This document shows positions 19,849-28,507 of a stretch of DNA of 64,000 bases, in pieces. Made by a program: the position numbers and the translations under genes. This stretch comes from an uncultured Verrucomicrobia subdivision 3 bacterium (GTDB taxonomy: Bacteria; Verrucomicrobiota; Verrucomicrobiia; Limisphaerales; UBA11358). The notes under the pieces were generated by a model. The model was not told the origin of the DNA. It was given only the letters and a program-made list of their open reading frames with translations, and searched no databases. The DNA lies in NCBI GenBank assembly GCA_903889895.1, contig CAISYZ010000070.1:34368-98367 (forward strand), written 5' to 3'. Each line of letters begins with the position of its first letter. Positions within the stretch are counted from its first letter, which is position 1.

Positions 19849-19876
19849 ACTGGCAGCTACCGGCTACCTGCAGGCA

Positions 19877-20173
19877 TCAGTCACCCAGCAGTTTCTTCAG
19901 GTGCGCCCGTGCAGCCTCCTCGCGAGATAATTTGATTTCCTTCGCCTCCCATTTCCTGCGGGCGAATTCAAAAAACTCGCAGAAATTACCGAGGTGTTTT
20001 TCGAGCACCAATTCTGCGCGACGTTCGCGGCACTGCTCCGCCACGCGCGGATCATAGCTCTGGCAGTTCAGGCACACGCGCAAGTCGGCGCGGCACTTCA
20101 TGCAAACCTCACCGCGGCCGGGATTGCCGGCCAGCGTCCAGGGTTCGCCGCATTGATGGCAGTGGCGAGTCAT
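19877..20173 (-). CDS. Small Cys-rich zinc-ribbon protein, function unknown
   Basis: 98 aa with CHQC...CMKC...CLNC pairs followed by a charged helical tail. Confidence 0.6.
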   Translation of the reverse strand: MTRHCHQCGEPWTLAGNPGRGEVCMKCRADLRVCLNCQSYDPRVAEQCRERRAELVLEKHLGNFCEFFEFARRKWEAKEIKLSREEAARAHLKKLLGD

Positions 20174-20175
20174 TT

Positions 20176-20205
20176 CAATTTACGATTCTGGATTTACAAT
20201 TTACG
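20176..20205. promoter_or_regulatory. Phased direct repeats in a divergent promoter region
   Basis: CAATTTACG occurs at 20176-20184 and again at 20197-20205, exactly 21 bp apart. A third ATTTAC lies at 20192-20197. The region sits between the Zn-ribbon gene (-) and the MFS gene (+). Confidence 0.4.
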
Positions 20206-20226
20206 CTTCGCCAGCGAAAAAATTGC

Positions 20227-21465
20227 ATGAACCAGCCGACCTCCATCCTCCGCCAGATTATCACACCGGCCGTCATTGTTGGCGCGCTGGGCTATTTCGT
20301 GGATGTTTATGATCTGATTCTTTTTGCCATCCTGCGCATTCCAAGTCTCAAGGACATGGGCTTTTCCGGCGAGTTGCTGGTCAGCCACGGCATACTGCTG
20401 CTGAATCTCCAAATGCTCGGCATGCTCGTCGGCGGCATTTTCTTCGGTGTTCTCGGCGACCGCTTCGGGCGCGTCGCGCTGCTCTTCGGCTCAATTTTGC
20501 TTTATTCCGTCGCCAACCTCGCCAACGGCTTTGTCCATTCCATCGAAGGCTATGCGCTTTGGCGCTTCGTTGCCGGCTTCGGGCTGGCCGGCGAACTCGG
20601 CGGCGGCATCACGCTCGTCACCGAGGTTTTGCCCAAGGCATTACGCGGCTACGGCACTACCATCATCTCCACCGTCGGCGTGTTCGGCGCAGTCATCGGT
20701 GGTCTCGTCGCACAGCGCGTGGAATGGCGCACGGCCTATTTCATCGGCGGCGGGCTTGGTCTGGTCCTGTTTTTCTTGCGTCTTAGCGTGGCCGAGTCAG
20801 GCATGTTTAAACAACTCAGCGCCGCGCCGACGCAAGTATCACGTGGAAATTTTCTCATGCTGTTCAACAACCTTACACGCTTCATGAAATATCTCCGCTG
20901 CATCCTCATTGGCCTGCCGCTTTGGTGCATCGTCGGCATCCTCGTCACCTTCTCGCCGGAAATTTCCGGCGCGCTGAAAATCCAGGGTGAAGTCAAGGTC
21001 GCGCAGGCCATCGCCTTTTGTTACCTCGGCATCACCTTCGGCGGTTTTGCCAGCGGCTACTTCAGCCAGCTGCTGCAATCGCGGCGGAAAATTCTCTTTT
21101 GGTTCCTCATTTTTACCGCTCTCGCAATGTCCGCCTATTTTCTGACCTCCGGACAATCGAACGGCACGTTTTACCTGACGATTCTGCTGCTCGGCTTCGG
21201 CGTCGGCTACTGGACGGTGTTTGCGACCATCGCCGCCGAACAGTTCGGCACCAACATCCGCGCCACCGTGGCCACCACCGTGCCAAATTTTGTGCGCGGC
21301 GCGACCGTCCCGCTGACGCTGGCCTTCAACCACCTCAAGCCAATGTGCGGCATCGTCACCTCGGCAGCGGCGATTGCCTTTGCCTGTGTGTTCATCGCGC
21401 TCTGGGCGCTGCGCGGTCTGGATGAAACCTACGACAAGGAACTCGATTATCTGGAGCCGAATTAA
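20227..21465 (+). CDS. MFS transporter
   Basis: 412 aa with about 12 TM segments. Contains the MFS loop motif GVLGDRFGR. Confidence 0.8.
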   Translation: MNQPTSILRQIITPAVIVGALGYFVDVYDLILFAILRIPSLKDMGFSGELLVSHGILLLNLQMLGMLVGGIFFGVLGDRFGRVALLFGSILLYSVANLANGFVHSIEGYALWRFVAGFGLAGELGGGITLVTEVLPKALRGYGTTIISTVGVFGAVIGGLVAQRVEWRTAYFIGGGLGLVLFFLRLSVAESGMFKQLSAAPTQVSRGNFLMLFNNLTRFMKYLRCILIGLPLWCIVGILVTFSPEISGALKIQGEVKVAQAIAFCYLGITFGGFASGYFSQLLQSRRKILFWFLIFTALAMSAYFLTSGQSNGTFYLTILLLGFGVGYWTVFATIAAEQFGTNIRATVATTVPNFVRGATVPLTLAFNHLKPMCGIVTSAAAIAFACVFIALWALRGLDETYDKELDYLEPN

Positions 21466-21552
21466 GGAAATTGCCGGTTTCCCCTTTCTTCGAGTTTTAA
21501 ATTATAAGTTTTTAGTTGGATTTCATTTTCCGAAACTCAAAACTTAAAACTG

Positions 21553-22125
21553 ATGAAGCTCGGTATTTTTGGCGGCTCGTTTGACCCGGTTCACCTCGGC
21601 CATCTGCTCGTAGCGCAGGCGGCAATTGAGGAGCTGGGGTTGGACCGGTTGCATTTTATTCCGGCGGCCCAATCGCCGTTCAAGCCGGAAACCAAACCCG
21701 CGCCGGACGCCGTGCGGCTGCAATGGCTCCGCCTCGCGCTCGCCGGAAAATCCAACTGCGAAATTGACGCCCAGGAAGTCCGGCGCGGCGGCATCTCCTA
21801 CACGGTGGACACGCTGCGCGACTACGCAAAACGATTTGCCGGCGCGGAACTGTTTTATCTTGTCGGCGCGGACAACGTGCCGAAGCTGAACGCCTGGCGC
21901 GAGCCGGCGGAACTCGCGCGGCTAGCGGAGTTCGTGGCGATTCCGCGTCCGGGAGGAATTGCGCCAGTTTTTCCGCCGCCGTTTCGCGGGCGGCGGCTGC
22001 GCGGTTTCCCCTTCGCCGTTTCTTCGTCGGAAATCCGCGCGCGTGTGAAGGCTGGTTTGCCCATTGAAAACTTGGTTCCTACCGCCGTCGCGGAGGCAAT
22101 TTGCGCGGCAAAGATTTATCTTTAG
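21553..22125 (+). CDS. nadD: Nicotinate-nucleotide adenylyltransferase
   Basis: MKLGIFGGSFDPVHLGHL (the (H/T)xGH motif) and a C-terminal ISSSEIR-type block VSSSEIR. Confidence 0.9.
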   Translation: MKLGIFGGSFDPVHLGHLLVAQAAIEELGLDRLHFIPAAQSPFKPETKPAPDAVRLQWLRLALAGKSNCEIDAQEVRRGGISYTVDTLRDYAKRFAGAELFYLVGADNVPKLNAWREPAELARLAEFVAIPRPGGIAPVFPPPFRGRRLRGFPFAVSSSEIRARVKAGLPIENLVPTAVAEAICAAKIYL

Positions 22126-22171
22126 AATTTTATCGGTGTCCATCTTCGTCCATCCGTGGTTTAATTAGTCC

Positions 22172-23548
22172 GTGAACATTTTGAATTTGAACCCGGACTC
22201 CGACATCGGCGCCAGCGCGTGGCTGGTGGAGCTGGATGACCACCGCATTTTGCTCGACGCGGGAATGCACCCGAAACGCGAGGGTCGCGAGGCAACGCCG
22301 CTTTTCAACAAGTCCGGCACGCACGATGTGGATGCTATTGCGCTGTCGCATTGCCACCATGATCACGTCGGTGCGCTGCCGCTGGCGTGCCGGAAATTTC
22401 CCAAGGCACACGTCTTGATGACGGAGCTGAGCTACCTGCTGGTGGAACGCGTGTTGCACAATTCGGTGAACGTAATGACGCGCCAGCGCGACGAACTGGG
22501 CATCCGCGAATATCCGCTCTACACGCATGATGAGCTGGACGAGATTGCGCCGCACTTCCAAGGCTTCAAATACAACCGCGAGGTGGAATGGCAGGCTTAT
22601 CACAAGGCGCGGGCGGGCCTGCCGTCGCCGACGCTGGAATTCTTCGACGCGGGCCATACGCTCGGCTCGGCGGGCATTTTGCTGCGCGGTAAAAAGGAAA
22701 CTTTGTTTTACACGGGTGATGTGTGTTTCCACGACCAGACGATTTTGAAAAGCGCGCGCTTTGAGGACGTGAAGGCGGATGTGCTGATCATGGAAACAAC
22801 GCGCGGCAACCGCGAGGTGCCGGCGGCGTTCACGCGCGAAAAAGAAATTGAACGGCTCGTCGAAGCAATTCACGCGGCGGAAAAAAAGAAGGGCGCGATT
22901 ATGATTCCGTCGTTCGCACTCGGCCGCACGCAGGAAATCCTGGCGCTGCTGGCACTGTTGATGCGCGAGGGAAAATTGAAAAAACAGCCAATTTATATCG
23001 GCGGGCTGGGACGCGTATTCACGGAGATTTACGACATCGAGGCGCACCGGATGCACCGGCAGCACACGAACTTGAATTTGAACGAGGCGCTGCAATTGGT
23101 CGTTCTGGAAAAAGGCGCGGCGGACAACATTAAGTTGAGCGGCGGAAAAATTTTCGTCATCACCGCCGGCATGATGAGCGAGAACACGGCAGCACACACG
23201 CTGGCGACGCGCATGATCGGCGACGAGAAGCAGAGTATTTTCTTCGTCGGCTACGCGGATCCAGATTCGCCGGCGGGACACCTCAAAGCGGCAAAGCAAG
23301 GCGAGACGTTTGTGTTCAGTCCGAGCGCGGGCCAGGTGACGAAGCGTTGCGACGTGCAGGATTTTGACCTGACGGCGCACGCGAACCGGCAGGATTTGCT
23401 GGAGTTTGTCGGGCAGGTATCGCCGCGCGCGGTATTGCTGGGCCACGGCGATGACGCGGCCCGAAAATGGTTCGAGGAGCAAATCAATCTGCGCTGGCCG
23501 AAAATAAAAGTTTTCCAGCCGCAACCGGCAAAGATGGTTTCGGTTTAG
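22172..23548 (+). CDS. MBL-fold beta-CASP family hydrolase (RNA-metabolising nuclease type)
   Basis: GTG start. HCHHDHVGALP metallo-beta-lactamase motif. The beta-CASP-like region ends in LTAHANRQDLLEF and LLGHGD. Confidence 0.8.
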   Translation: MNILNLNPDSDIGASAWLVELDDHRILLDAGMHPKREGREATPLFNKSGTHDVDAIALSHCHHDHVGALPLACRKFPKAHVLMTELSYLLVERVLHNSVNVMTRQRDELGIREYPLYTHDELDEIAPHFQGFKYNREVEWQAYHKARAGLPSPTLEFFDAGHTLGSAGILLRGKKETLFYTGDVCFHDQTILKSARFEDVKADVLIMETTRGNREVPAAFTREKEIERLVEAIHAAEKKKGAIMIPSFALGRTQEILALLALLMREGKLKKQPIYIGGLGRVFTEIYDIEAHRMHRQHTNLNLNEALQLVVLEKGAADNIKLSGGKIFVITAGMMSENTAAHTLATRMIGDEKQSIFFVGYADPDSPAGHLKAAKQGETFVFSPSAGQVTKRCDVQDFDLTAHANRQDLLEFVGQVSPRAVLLGHGDDAARKWFEEQINLRWPKIKVFQPQPAKMVSV

Positions 23549-23580
23549 CCGAAGTCGGACTCAAAGACTTCCACAAACGA

Positions 23581-23622
23581 AAACCGCCGGAAGAACAAAT
23601 TCTTCCGGCGGTTTTGTGTTTT
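23581..23622. terminator. Bidirectional Rho-independent terminator
   Basis: 12-bp stem ccgccggaagaa (23584-23595) / ttcttccggcgg (23600-23611) followed by TTTTGTGTTTT. The complement also shows a T-run. Lies between convergent genes. Confidence 0.85.
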
Positions 23623-23629
23623 AAGATTT

Positions 23630-24841
23630 TTAGTGGCCGCCGTTGACGATGTTGGCGAGGTTGAAAATGGGCAGGAACATACAAATCACCATGCCGCCGA
23701 TGACCACGCCGAGAAACACGATGAGGAGCGGTTCGATGAGCGACATAAGGCCAGAAAGCGTCGTCTCGATTTCTTCATCGAGGAAGTTGGCGACGCGTTC
23801 GAGCATGTTGTCGATGTTACCGGTCTGCTCGCCGGCGCTCAACATGCGGATAATCATGCTGGGGAAGACCGGGTGTTTGGACAACGCTTGCGAAATGCCC
23901 TCGCCGCGTTCGATGTCGGTGGCGGAAGTCTTGATGGCTTTTTCCATCACGGTGTTGCCGACGGTAGCGGAGACGATTTGCAGAACTTCGAGAATCGGCA
24001 CGCCGCTGCGGATGAGCGAAGACAGCGTGCGGGTGAACCGCGCGAGGCAGATCTTGTGAGCGATGCTGCCGAAAATGGGTAGCTTGATGCGTTGGCGGTC
24101 CCAAAAATCCCGACCTTGCTTGGTTTTGATAAAATAAAGCCAGCCCCAGACACCAGCACCGGCCAACACGATCAAATAGACAAAATAGTGCTGCATTATT
24201 TCGCTCACTCCGATCATGAATTCGGTGGGGGCGGGCAGCTTGGCGCCGAATCCGGAATAAACGTCTTTGAAAGTAGGGATGACTTTGACGAGCAGGAAAA
24301 TCGTGATGGTAATGGCGACGACGGTCACGACGGTTGGATACATGAGGGCCGTCTTTACTTTTTTACGGAGGCGCTCGCTGTTTTCCAAGTAGGTTGCGAG
24401 GCGGGCCAGAATTTCCGCCAGCAAGCCGCCCTTTTCACCGGCACTGACCATGGAAACATAAAGTCGGTTAAAGGCCTTGGGATGGCGGGTCAACGCCTCG
24501 GAAAAACTTTCACCGCTTTCGACGCGGGTGCAAATATCGCGGATGGTGTCGCGCATGACCTTGTTAGGCGTCTGCTCCGCCAATGCCTGCAGGGCTTGGA
24601 CAATGGCAATACCGGCGTCAATCATGGTGGCGAGCTGGCGGGTGAAGACCACCAGATCGTTCAGGCTGACCGCGCCGCCCTTGGTCTGGCCGCGTTTGGC
24701 TGTCTTTTCACGAATCTCCACCACCAGCAGATTGCGGTTGAGCAACGCGGCAATGGCAGCCTGCTCGGTGATTGCCTCAACGGTGTTGCGAATTTCGCGG
24801 CCGGTGGCCGTTTCTCTGGCGGTGTAGGCAAATAATGGCAT
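23630..24841 (-). CDS. Type II secretion / type IV pilus platform protein (GspF/PilC family)
   Basis: Two GspF repeats and three TM segments. Start chosen at MPLFAYTARETATGREI (cat at 24839-24841). Confidence 0.85.
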   Translation of the reverse strand: MPLFAYTARETATGREIRNTVEAITEQAAIAALLNRNLLVVEIREKTAKRGQTKGGAVSLNDLVVFTRQLATMIDAGIAIVQALQALAEQTPNKVMRDTIRDICTRVESGESFSEALTRHPKAFNRLYVSMVSAGEKGGLLAEILARLATYLENSERLRKKVKTALMYPTVVTVVAITITIFLLVKVIPTFKDVYSGFGAKLPAPTEFMIGVSEIMQHYFVYLIVLAGAGVWGWLYFIKTKQGRDFWDRQRIKLPIFGSIAHKICLARFTRTLSSLIRSGVPILEVLQIVSATVGNTVMEKAIKTSATDIERGEGISQALSKHPVFPSMIIRMLSAGEQTGNIDNMLERVANFLDEEIETTLSGLMSLIEPLLIVFLGVVIGGMVICMFLPIFNLANIVNGGH

Positions 24842-25220
24842 ACCTGTGTTCGTGAATAATTTAATATGGTGGAATTGCAAGCGCAATTATTCCCACCAAA
24901 GACATATTAGCACGATTTGTTCCAAAGTGGGCTGACGGCGAAAAGACCAAAGGTTGTGGGTGTTTCCCCGCTTGCCGACTGGTAAAATCATGCGGCAATA
25001 CCCGAAATGTGACATTAGGTGCATGTAAAATGTGCATAAATCATTTTTGTTTCCGGTTGTGTCCTAGTTACTTTAGGCAAAATTTAAGAAAAATTTTTGT
25101 TGTCAACTGGTTTGGATTTCCCTACGTTTGAAGTCAATCGCACCTGCAGGGTGCTTGGGGTAAACTGTTTTTACCCCGCTTAAACAGTAAAACAAAAACC
25201 AAACAACATCGGAGGAACAG

Positions 25221-26483
25221 ATGAAGTTTAATATCAATAAATGGACATTGGGTCTCGCCGCCGTCGGAGCCGTCAGCATGGCTTCCGCCGTCCGTGCAGA
25301 CGACGCACCGAAATTGAGCCCGGTTGAAACGGCGCTTTCCAGCACCGTCATCAGCGGCTACGTCAGCGCTTCTGCGAACTACGAAGCCAGCCCCAGCGCA
25401 GTCGGCGGCTCGATCGGTGGCAACATTCCGTTGCAAGCCGGCAAAGCCAACGGCTTCAACCTTGACGTCGTGAAGCTCTCGATCGCCAAGGCGGAAGATG
25501 AAACCCCTTGGGCGGCCGGCTATGAAGCCGACTTGCTCTTCGGACCTGACGCTGTCGGTTGGAACCCGTCTCCGGGCGCGGCCAATTCCGAAGTTTCCAT
25601 CCAGCAGGCCTACGTCTCCCTCCGCACGCCGGTGGGCAATGGCATTGACTGGAAAATCGGCGTGTTCAACACCCCGATTGGATACGAAGGCTTCGACGCC
25701 GTCAGCAATCCGAACTACACCCGTTCTTGGGGTTGGGCGGTTGAGCCGACCGAGCACACCGGTATCCTCGGCACCTATCAGGTCAACAACGAATTGTCGT
25801 TCTCGGCTGGTGTGGCTAACACGCTCAGCGCTGGCATCAATTCCCGCAATCTCTATAAATCAACCAGTGCCGACGTGAACAAAGGCGCTTGGAATAAAAC
25901 CTTCTTGGGTTCTGTTACCCTGACCGCTCCCAGCAACTGGGGTTGGGCCTCTGGCTCCTCACTCACTGCGGGCGTGGTTTATGGTTTTGCCAACAGCGGC
26001 TTTAGCACGTTTGGCAACGGCGGCAAACAAGGCGGCAACCAAGCCAACTACTATGCTGGCGCGACGCTCAACACCCCGTGGAAGAGCGTTAGCTTTGGCG
26101 CAGCCTTGGACTACGTTCAGAACTTCGGCGGCGGCGCTGCTTTCAACAATCCGTTGAGCATTCATGCCGACGAAATCATTGGCGGCCTCTACAACACCGT
26201 TCAAGTCACGGACAAGTTGAGCTTCAACTCCCGTGCTGAATACTGGGAAATCGACGCCGCCGGTTCAACCGTTTCTGCCCTCACCGGCAGCGACAACGGC
26301 GTGGCGCTCACTGAAACCGTTGCCTATAACCTGTGGAACAACGTCACCACCCGCCTCGAAGCGCGTTATGACCACGTCCTCGGTGGCACTTGGGCTGGCG
26401 CGGTTGGTTACTTCGCTCCCTCGGGCGCGAGTGTGACCCGCACCTCCGTTGGCCTCTACGCCAACGTGGTTTACAAATTCTAA
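25221..26483 (+). CDS. Outer-membrane beta-barrel porin
   Basis: Signal peptide MKFNINKWTLGLAAVGAVSMASAVRA. Alternating beta-strand pattern. C-terminal YANVVYKF with terminal Phe. GGAGG RBS upstream. Confidence 0.75.
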   Translation: MKFNINKWTLGLAAVGAVSMASAVRADDAPKLSPVETALSSTVISGYVSASANYEASPSAVGGSIGGNIPLQAGKANGFNLDVVKLSIAKAEDETPWAAGYEADLLFGPDAVGWNPSPGAANSEVSIQQAYVSLRTPVGNGIDWKIGVFNTPIGYEGFDAVSNPNYTRSWGWAVEPTEHTGILGTYQVNNELSFSAGVANTLSAGINSRNLYKSTSADVNKGAWNKTFLGSVTLTAPSNWGWASGSSLTAGVVYGFANSGFSTFGNGGKQGGNQANYYAGATLNTPWKSVSFGAALDYVQNFGGGAAFNNPLSIHADEIIGGLYNTVQVTDKLSFNSRAEYWEIDAAGSTVSALTGSDNGVALTETVAYNLWNNVTTRLEARYDHVLGGTWAGAVGYFAPSGASVTRTSVGLYANVVYKF

Positions 26484-26500
26484 TCTGAATTAGAATCCTT

Positions 26501-26532
26501 CGCCCCTGCCGGTTCGCCGGCAGGGGCTTTTT
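26501..26532 (+). terminator. Rho-independent terminator of the porin gene
   Basis: 11-bp stem gcccctgccgg / ccggcaggggc with loop ttcg, followed by TTTTTG. Confidence 0.9.
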
Positions 26533-26558
26533 GTTGGAAAAATCCGTTTGCTTACATA

Positions 26559-26586
26559 CAACATATCATCAAATCAAGATATGTTG
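26559..26586. promoter_or_regulatory. Perfect 9-bp inverted repeat, candidate operator upstream of metF
   Basis: caacatatc (26559-26567) and gatatgttg (26578-26586) separated by 10 nt, in an AT-rich stretch about 65 nt before the metF ATG. Confidence 0.35.
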
Positions 26587-26650
26587 ATTTTATATTTGCA
26601 AAACCCTACGCTCCCCAGTAGTTTTTCCACACCAAACTGAATTAACGCTT

Positions 26651-27538
26651 ATGAAATTCATCCGCGACATACTGGCAGCGAAAAAGGCCGCCGGCCAACC
26701 CGTCGTCTCCTTTGAATTTTTCCCGCCCAAGACCGACGAAGGCGAACGTGCGCTGCTGGAAAAACATATCCCCGCGCTGCTCGCCGGGCGACCGGATTTT
26801 TGCTCCGTGACCTACGGTGCCGGCGGCAGCACGCGTGACAAGACCCTTATGATTGTGGACCGCATCCAGCGCGAACACAGCCTGCCCGCGCTCGCGCACC
26901 TCACTTGCGTGAATCACACCCGTGCGGAAATCAGTGTGTTGCTCGAAAAGTTTCGCGCGCTCGGCTGCCAAAACATTCTTGCGCTGCGCGGCGATCCGCC
27001 CGGCGGCGGCGATTTCCAGACTACGCCTGACGGCTTTGAATTTTCAGCGCAGCTCGTGAAATTCATCCGCGAGGCCAGTGATTTCTCCATCGGCGTGGCC
27101 GGGTTTCCCGAAGGCCACATCGCTTGCAAGGCCGGCAAGCTCGCGGACTGGCAGCACTTAAAGGAAAAGGTGGATGCCGGGGCCGACTTTATCGTCACCC
27201 AGTTGTTTTTCGACAACGCGGATTATTTTGCGTTCCGCGACCACGTCACGCAGAAGCTTGGCGTGAATGTGCCGCTGGTGCCGGGTGTGGTGGCGATTTT
27301 AAGCGCGACGCAAATCACAAAGTTCACGCAGATGTGCGGCGCGAAAATCCCGCCGACCTTGCGTAAAAAGCTGGATGAAATCGGCACGGACGATGAAGCG
27401 GCGGCGAAGTTCGGTATCGAATATGCGACGCACCAGTGCGAGGAGCTGCTCCGCGCCGGTGCGCCCGGCCTCCATTTCTACACGCTTAACAAGGCGCACT
27501 CCACGGTGCAGATTTTGAAAAATCTCGGACTGGCCTGA
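26651..27538 (+). CDS. metF: Methylenetetrahydrofolate reductase
   Basis: VSFEFFPPKTDEG...CSVTYGAGGSTRD...ALRGDPP...FPEGH are typical MetF blocks. Confidence 0.9.
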   Translation: MKFIRDILAAKKAAGQPVVSFEFFPPKTDEGERALLEKHIPALLAGRPDFCSVTYGAGGSTRDKTLMIVDRIQREHSLPALAHLTCVNHTRAEISVLLEKFRALGCQNILALRGDPPGGGDFQTTPDGFEFSAQLVKFIREASDFSIGVAGFPEGHIACKAGKLADWQHLKEKVDAGADFIVTQLFFDNADYFAFRDHVTQKLGVNVPLVPGVVAILSATQITKFTQMCGAKIPPTLRKKLDEIGTDDEAAAKFGIEYATHQCEELLRAGAPGLHFYTLNKAHSTVQILKNLGLA

Positions 27539-28495
27539 TTACAGCCCGAACTGGTTTGCCATGATGCCGATGACGCTCAACGGCCCAGTGTCCTCCAAGC
27601 CGTCGGCCGCCTTGTCCAGCTTTTGCAGCGAGAGCTTGGCGCTCTTGTAAAAATCCTGTTCGTTCACCAGTTTGCCGATGGTGCCGTCGCCCTGGTTCAC
27701 CTTCAGCAGAATTGAATTCAGGTTGGTCATCGAACTGGTGGCGGAATTATAAAGTGCCTCGTCCGTCAGCAGCTTGCCGATGGTGCCCTTGCCGGCACGC
27801 GCGTCTTCAACCGTCAGCCTGATGGAGCCAATGGTATCCTGAAGGTTGCTCACGGTGTCCAGCGCCGACGCATAAAGTGTGTCGTCATAGATCAGCTTGC
27901 CGACCGTGCCCTTGCCGCTGCGGATTTCGCCGGAAATATTTTCGATGTTGTCGAGCGTGTTCTTGATGCTTTCCTTTTTGGAGGTGATGACGTCATCCAG
28001 CGCACCGAACATGTGCTTGATCTCGTCGCCGGCAAAATTTTTCGTGATGTTCTGGATACCGCCAGCGGCGTTGTCCAGCTTGGCCATGATGGCGTTCAAA
28101 TCCGTCTGCTCGACACTCGCCAACTCGGTGCCGTCCACGGCCAGCGTGTTGTCCGACGGCGCGCCAAAATCCAGCGCCACAAAATTCTGCCCCATCAGGC
28201 CGGTGAACCGGATGCTGGCGATGCTGCTGGTTTTCACGACCGCCGTCTGGCGCAGTTTTAGCGTCACGCGGACGCGGTTCGTGGTCAGTTCGATACTCTC
28301 GACGCGGCCGATTTCGACGCCGGCCATTTTCACGCGGTCGCCCGGCTTCAAATCCTGCACGGTCTGGAACTGCGCGGAAACCCGGTAACCGTGGCCAAAC
28401 AAATCCACGCTGCCGAGCGTCTCGACGAGCGCCCACGCGGCGATAAGCGTGATGGCGACGAAGAGGCCAAGTTTGGTTTCGAGGGAATTTTTCAT
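27539..28495 (-). CDS. mlaD: MlaD/MCE-family protein with an extended C-terminal repeat region
   Basis: N-terminal TM segment followed by an MCE domain (VKMAGVEIGRVESIEL). Three C-terminal repeats: GKGTVGKLIYDDTLY, GKGTIGKLLTDEALY and GDGTIGKLVNEQDFY. Confidence 0.8.
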   Translation of the reverse strand: MKNSLETKLGLFVAITLIAAWALVETLGSVDLFGHGYRVSAQFQTVQDLKPGDRVKMAGVEIGRVESIELTTNRVRVTLKLRQTAVVKTSSIASIRFTGLMGQNFVALDFGAPSDNTLAVDGTELASVEQTDLNAIMAKLDNAAGGIQNITKNFAGDEIKHMFGALDDVITSKKESIKNTLDNIENISGEIRSGKGTVGKLIYDDTLYASALDTVSNLQDTIGSIRLTVEDARAGKGTIGKLLTDEALYNSATSSMTNLNSILLKVNQGDGTIGKLVNEQDFYKSAKLSLQKLDKAADGLEDTGPLSVIGIMANQFGL

Positions 28496-28507
28496 AGGCG
28501 GAACGGT

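Noticed and set aside
22130-23524. A 464-aa minus-strand ORF that covers the whole MBL/beta-CASP gene.
   Set aside because: The translation is extremely Arg-rich and low in complexity (RRRR, QRQR runs) with no motifs. The plus-strand frame has clear HxHxDH and beta-CASP blocks. This is a typical antisense open frame in high-GC DNA.
26484-26650. A riboswitch or leader upstream of metF. I asked the same question for the region upstream of carB at 51668-51775.
   Set aside because: I could recognise no SAM, THF or PyrR-type conserved core. Only a simple palindrome is present upstream of metF. An Rfam scan would be needed to exclude this formally.
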